This document shows, piece by piece, positions 60,749 to 64,000 of a stretch of DNA of 64,000 nt (the first letter of the stretch is position 1; every line of letters begins with the position of its first letter). Source of the stretch: Macrostomum lignano (lineage: Eukaryota); assembly GCA_002269645.1 (NCBI GenBank), contig NIVC01000413.1, positions 124,001 to 188,000 on the forward strand, read 5' to 3'. The translations under genes were made by a program, and so were the position numbers. The notes beneath the pieces were generated by a model. The model was not told the DNA's origin. It did not search any database and was given only the letters and a program-made list of their open reading frames with translations.

Positions 60749-63158
60749 GGAGGACTTCCTGGAGAGACAGGACATGGTGTCGGCCAACACCAGATTCCGC
60801 AAGTCACCGGGCAGGCTCGCGACCTTCGTGGGCTGCAAGCGGAGGCGGCGGAACGCGCGCGGCCGGAACGCTACGCGGAGGCTGGCACAGCTCGACCACG
60901 TGCTTGTGCGCTTTCGTGAGCGCCGCCGCGTCACCAACTGCCACACCATTACGCCGCTGGCTCTGCGGTCCGACCATCGGCTGCTCATCTGCGACCTTCG
61001 GCTTCGGGACCCGCTCTACCGTCCGCCAAAGCGGCCACCGCGGCGCTACTACCGCGCGCTCAGGGACGCCGAGACGCGACGTCGCTTTGCCGGTGCCTTT
61101 GTCACTGCGCTGGGCGACAAGCGTGGAGGAGCCGAGTACGCGGAGGTGAGCGCTGCAGTTCGAGCCGCTGCGGAGCAAGCAGTCCCGCTGATGCGACCGG
61201 CCCAGCGCGGGCAGCCGGTCTGGCAGGACGACCCCGCGATCGACGAAGCGACGGAAGATCTGGAGAGGCTCCGACTGAGTGGGCGGCCAACTCGCGAGGC
61301 GGAGGAGGCTCTGGCGGCTGTCTACCTGCAGCGGCAGCAGTCCGCTGTCGATGACGCCATCCAAGCCGTCTCTGCCGCAGGGCCCGATGCCAGAGGGCGC
61401 GTGGCCTGGTCCGCCATCAACACTCTGACGGGGCGAAAGCGGCGCATCGCGCTCAACCTGGCAGGCGACACTCCGGATGAGCGCAGGAACGAGCTGCGCG
61501 AGTTCTTCGCCGCCATTGTCAACGCGCCGCCCCCTCCGCTTCCAGAAAATCTGAGGCTGCCGCCGGAGACGCCGTTGCCGGCGGAGGAGAGCTTCAATGT
61601 TGCCCCAGTCAGCACAGCCGACGTTGTGAAGTTCGCTCGGCAGTCGCCGGGCGGCAAAGCGCTTGGTCCGGACGAGGTGCCCACCGAGGCGCTGCGGATC
61701 CACTGCGTGGCCACTGAGGTCGCCAGAGTGATGAACCGCGTGCTTTTCGGTGAGGTGGCGCCAAATGAATGGACCACGGCGCACATCGTCGCCATTCCAA
61801 AGAAGCCGGGCACCACCAAGCTCGAGGAGCATCGAGGCATCTGCCTACAGTCCTGCGCCGCGAAGCTGTTCAACCGCATGCTGCTATCGCGGTTACAGCC
61901 TGTGCTGGACCCGTACCTGCGACCTGAGCAGAACGGATTCCGGCCCCATCGCGGCACAGTGACGCAGATCCTGGCTCTTCGACGAGTCATCGAGGAGGCG
62001 CGCATCCGCCAGTTGACCCTGATCCTGATCTTCGTCGATTTCAGGAAGGCTTTCGACTCGGTCGTGAGGGACGCGCTCCCAGAGGTGCTCCGTGCGTACA
62101 ACGTGCCAGAGCTGCTGATTTCTGCTGTCATGGCGCTGTACCACGGCACGACGGCTGCTGTCTCAACACCGGACGGCCTATCGGATTTCTTCGAGACATC
62201 CTCCGGGGTGCTCCAGGGAGATACGCTAGCGCCGTTCCTATTTATTCTGGTGCTTGACTGGGTGCTACGGACTGCTCTGCCTTCCAACGACGACGGCTTC
62301 CTGCTGCGGCGACGCGTGGGTCGACGCCAACCGGAGAGACGGCTCAGCGTGCTTGGCTACGCCGATGACCTCGCCCTGCTGTCCTCGACCGTCGAGGGCG
62401 CCCAACGACAGCTGGATAGGCTGGTTGCCGTTGCGGCGAGCGTCGGCCTGGTGGTCAACACGCAGAAGACCGTCGTGCTATGCGTGCCGGACGACACCGA
62501 GGCTGGAATCTTCTGCCGAGGCGCTGACGGACAGGCGAGTGAGCTTCCAAGATGTCAGCAGTTCGTCTACCTCGGCGGTCTGGTTCCCGACGTTCGCGAG
62601 GATCTGCGGCGTCGCCGAGGACTTGCTTGGGCTGCCTTTCGTTCTATAAGGTCAGTCCTGCAGTCCGAGGCCCTACCGGACCGCCAGAGGGCGGCGCTGT
62701 TCCAGGCGGTGATCGAGACCGTCCTGTTATACAACGCCGAGACCTGGACGCTGACAGACTCGCTCGAGGCTCAAGTCGACGCGGCGCACGCTGGCCTGCT
62801 GCGCGCCGCCTTCAAGATCGGCAACGAGCGAGTCACCAACACGGCGCTCTATCATCGCGCCGGCCTGGCCCGTCCTAGCGATCTGCTGCGCCGTCGGCGA
62901 CTCCAGCTGGCAGGCCACGTCATCCGCGCCGAGGCCTACTGTCCGGAGCCGGTGCAGGAGGTGCTGCTACTTACGTTGCAGGCACCCTACCGGCGGGGAC
63001 AGGCGAAGACTCGGCGCTACGTCGACTGTCTGCTGGCTGACGCCGGCGCCCCGGACTCTGCCGGCGGTGCGGCTTTTGTTCGCGCCCAAGCTTTGAAGCG
63101 CGCCATCTGACGCTGCTTTTGTGAACTGGCAGCGTACTCTGTTGTTGTTGTTGTTGTT
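60749..63158 (+). mobile_element. RTE-like non-LTR retrotransposon, 5'-truncated inside the AP-endonuclease domain
   Basis: A single long ORF runs to 63110, followed by a short 3' UTR and a (TTG)n tail at 63140-63158. It begins abruptly at EDFLERQDMVSANTRF within the minisatellite. Confidence 0.92.
60774..63110 (+). CDS. LINE ORF: C-terminal part of APE endonuclease + reverse transcriptase (778 aa)
   Basis: QLDHVL and SDHRLL (APE C-terminus); KPG...HRGICL, QNGFR, FVDFRKAFDSV, GVLQGDTLAPFLF, LGYADDL, FVYLG (RT motifs). Confidence 0.93.
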   Translation: MVSANTRFRKSPGRLATFVGCKRRRRNARGRNATRRLAQLDHVLVRFRERRRVTNCHTITPLALRSDHRLLICDLRLRDPLYRPPKRPPRRYYRALRDAETRRRFAGAFVTALGDKRGGAEYAEVSAAVRAAAEQAVPLMRPAQRGQPVWQDDPAIDEATEDLERLRLSGRPTREAEEALAAVYLQRQQSAVDDAIQAVSAAGPDARGRVAWSAINTLTGRKRRIALNLAGDTPDERRNELREFFAAIVNAPPPPLPENLRLPPETPLPAEESFNVAPVSTADVVKFARQSPGGKALGPDEVPTEALRIHCVATEVARVMNRVLFGEVAPNEWTTAHIVAIPKKPGTTKLEEHRGICLQSCAAKLFNRMLLSRLQPVLDPYLRPEQNGFRPHRGTVTQILALRRVIEEARIRQLTLILIFVDFRKAFDSVVRDALPEVLRAYNVPELLISAVMALYHGTTAAVSTPDGLSDFFETSSGVLQGDTLAPFLFILVLDWVLRTALPSNDDGFLLRRRVGRRQPERRLSVLGYADDLALLSSTVEGAQRQLDRLVAVAASVGLVVNTQKTVVLCVPDDTEAGIFCRGADGQASELPRCQQFVYLGGLVPDVREDLRRRRGLAWAAFRSIRSVLQSEALPDRQRAALFQAVIETVLLYNAETWTLTDSLEAQVDAAHAGLLRAAFKIGNERVTNTALYHRAGLARPSDLLRRRRLQLAGHVIRAEAYCPEPVQEVLLLTLQAPYRRGQAKTRRYVDCLLADAGAPDSAGGAAFVRAQALKRAI

Positions 63159-63564
63159 AGAGTAGACAATGGGGTAGAAATAGAGTACACAGTGGGTACT
63201 CGAATTTAGTTGTTGAGAAGAGTGGCAGAGTAGAGAACAAAAGAGGTAAAGAGCTCACTGGCAGTTTTTCAGAGAAAAGTTGAACTGCGAGCTGCTTTGT
63301 CAAGGCCAGTTTTTTCACAAAAAGCATTTGTTAAGTCTATCAAAAATGCTTTTTGAGAGGATGGAATGACGAGATTGTAAATAATGCAGATGATTTACTG
63401 GAATTTCTCACTCCAGTGCTAGCCAGCAGCAGTCTGGCCCAGCTTCTAGGACAGTTGACACTTTTAATAGTAAAATTAGTCAAGTTTATTGCGCCATTAT
63501 TGTGGGAAATTTCAGTTGTTTTGTAGCTTGTCTTAGCTAGCTCAGATAGATAGGATCGCTATTT

Positions 63565-63785
63565 ATCTGGTTACTCGTCTACTCATCTAGCTACTCATCT
63601 ACTCATCTAGCTACTCATCTACTCATCTAGCTACTCATCTACTCATCTAGCGTCTCATCTACTCATCTAGCTACTCATCCACTCATCTAGCGTCTCATCT
63701 ACTCATCTACTCATCTAGCTACTCATCCACTCATCTAGCTACTCATCTACTCATCTAGCTACTTATCTACTCATCTAGCTACCCA
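63565..63785. repeat. 20-bp minisatellite
   Basis: (CTACTCATCTACTCATCTAG)n. Confidence 0.92.
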
Positions 63786-64000
63786 TCTATTATCAAAAGT
63801 ACAGATTTTCAGTGAGAGTAAAAAATAGGCTGCATGCTTGAGAAATGCAATGCAATAAATAGATCAGAGTAAGTGTGCTTGCTGCATAACAGAACAGTAA
63901 TGCACCTCACTAGGGAACTCACTCGCTAACAAGCCAAATCACCCCATCACCTGTCTACCTGCCTTGCCTTCCCAGTCTCTCTCTTGTGCTGACGCTAATC

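Noticed and set aside
60804-62918. Antisense and alternative-frame ORFs over the LINE (and similar ones over the myosin and CPSF1 exons)
   Set aside because: They are shadows of GC-rich coding sequence with no independent motifs.

Overview
Eukaryotic, intron-containing animal DNA. A flatworm origin, possibly a free-living Macrostomum-like species, is inferred from a tegument-allergen-like gene and the intron architecture; it is not proven. Six protein-coding genes could be rebuilt by hand with GT-AG junctions and consistent reading phase. These are an EF-hand + dynein-light-chain (TAL-type) protein (+), a myosin with a C-terminal SH2 domain (+), ribophorin II/RPN2 (+), CPSF160/CPSF1 with a long Pro/Gln/Met-rich N-terminal extension (+), an MLX/Mondo-like bHLH-Zip (-), and a 5'-incomplete single-pass Cys-rich membrane protein (-). 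Mobile DNA includes a 5'-truncated RTE-like LINE with an intact RT ORF, an apparently identical 233-bp 3' fragment of it, an 857-bp non-autonomous DNA transposon with TIRs and an 8-bp TSD, a MITE in the myosin intron, and hAT-like ends wrapped around minisatellites. Roughly a third of the window (hand estimate) is about 35 different micro- and minisatellite arrays, and 14 of the 17 reconstructed introns carry one. Most long ORFs in the supplied track are repeat artefacts. The most unusual structure is an array of about 24 x 41-bp units, each reading as a complete GT-branch-polypyrimidine-AG mini-intron. No CRISPR array or prokaryotic system is present. Repeat boundaries are approximate.
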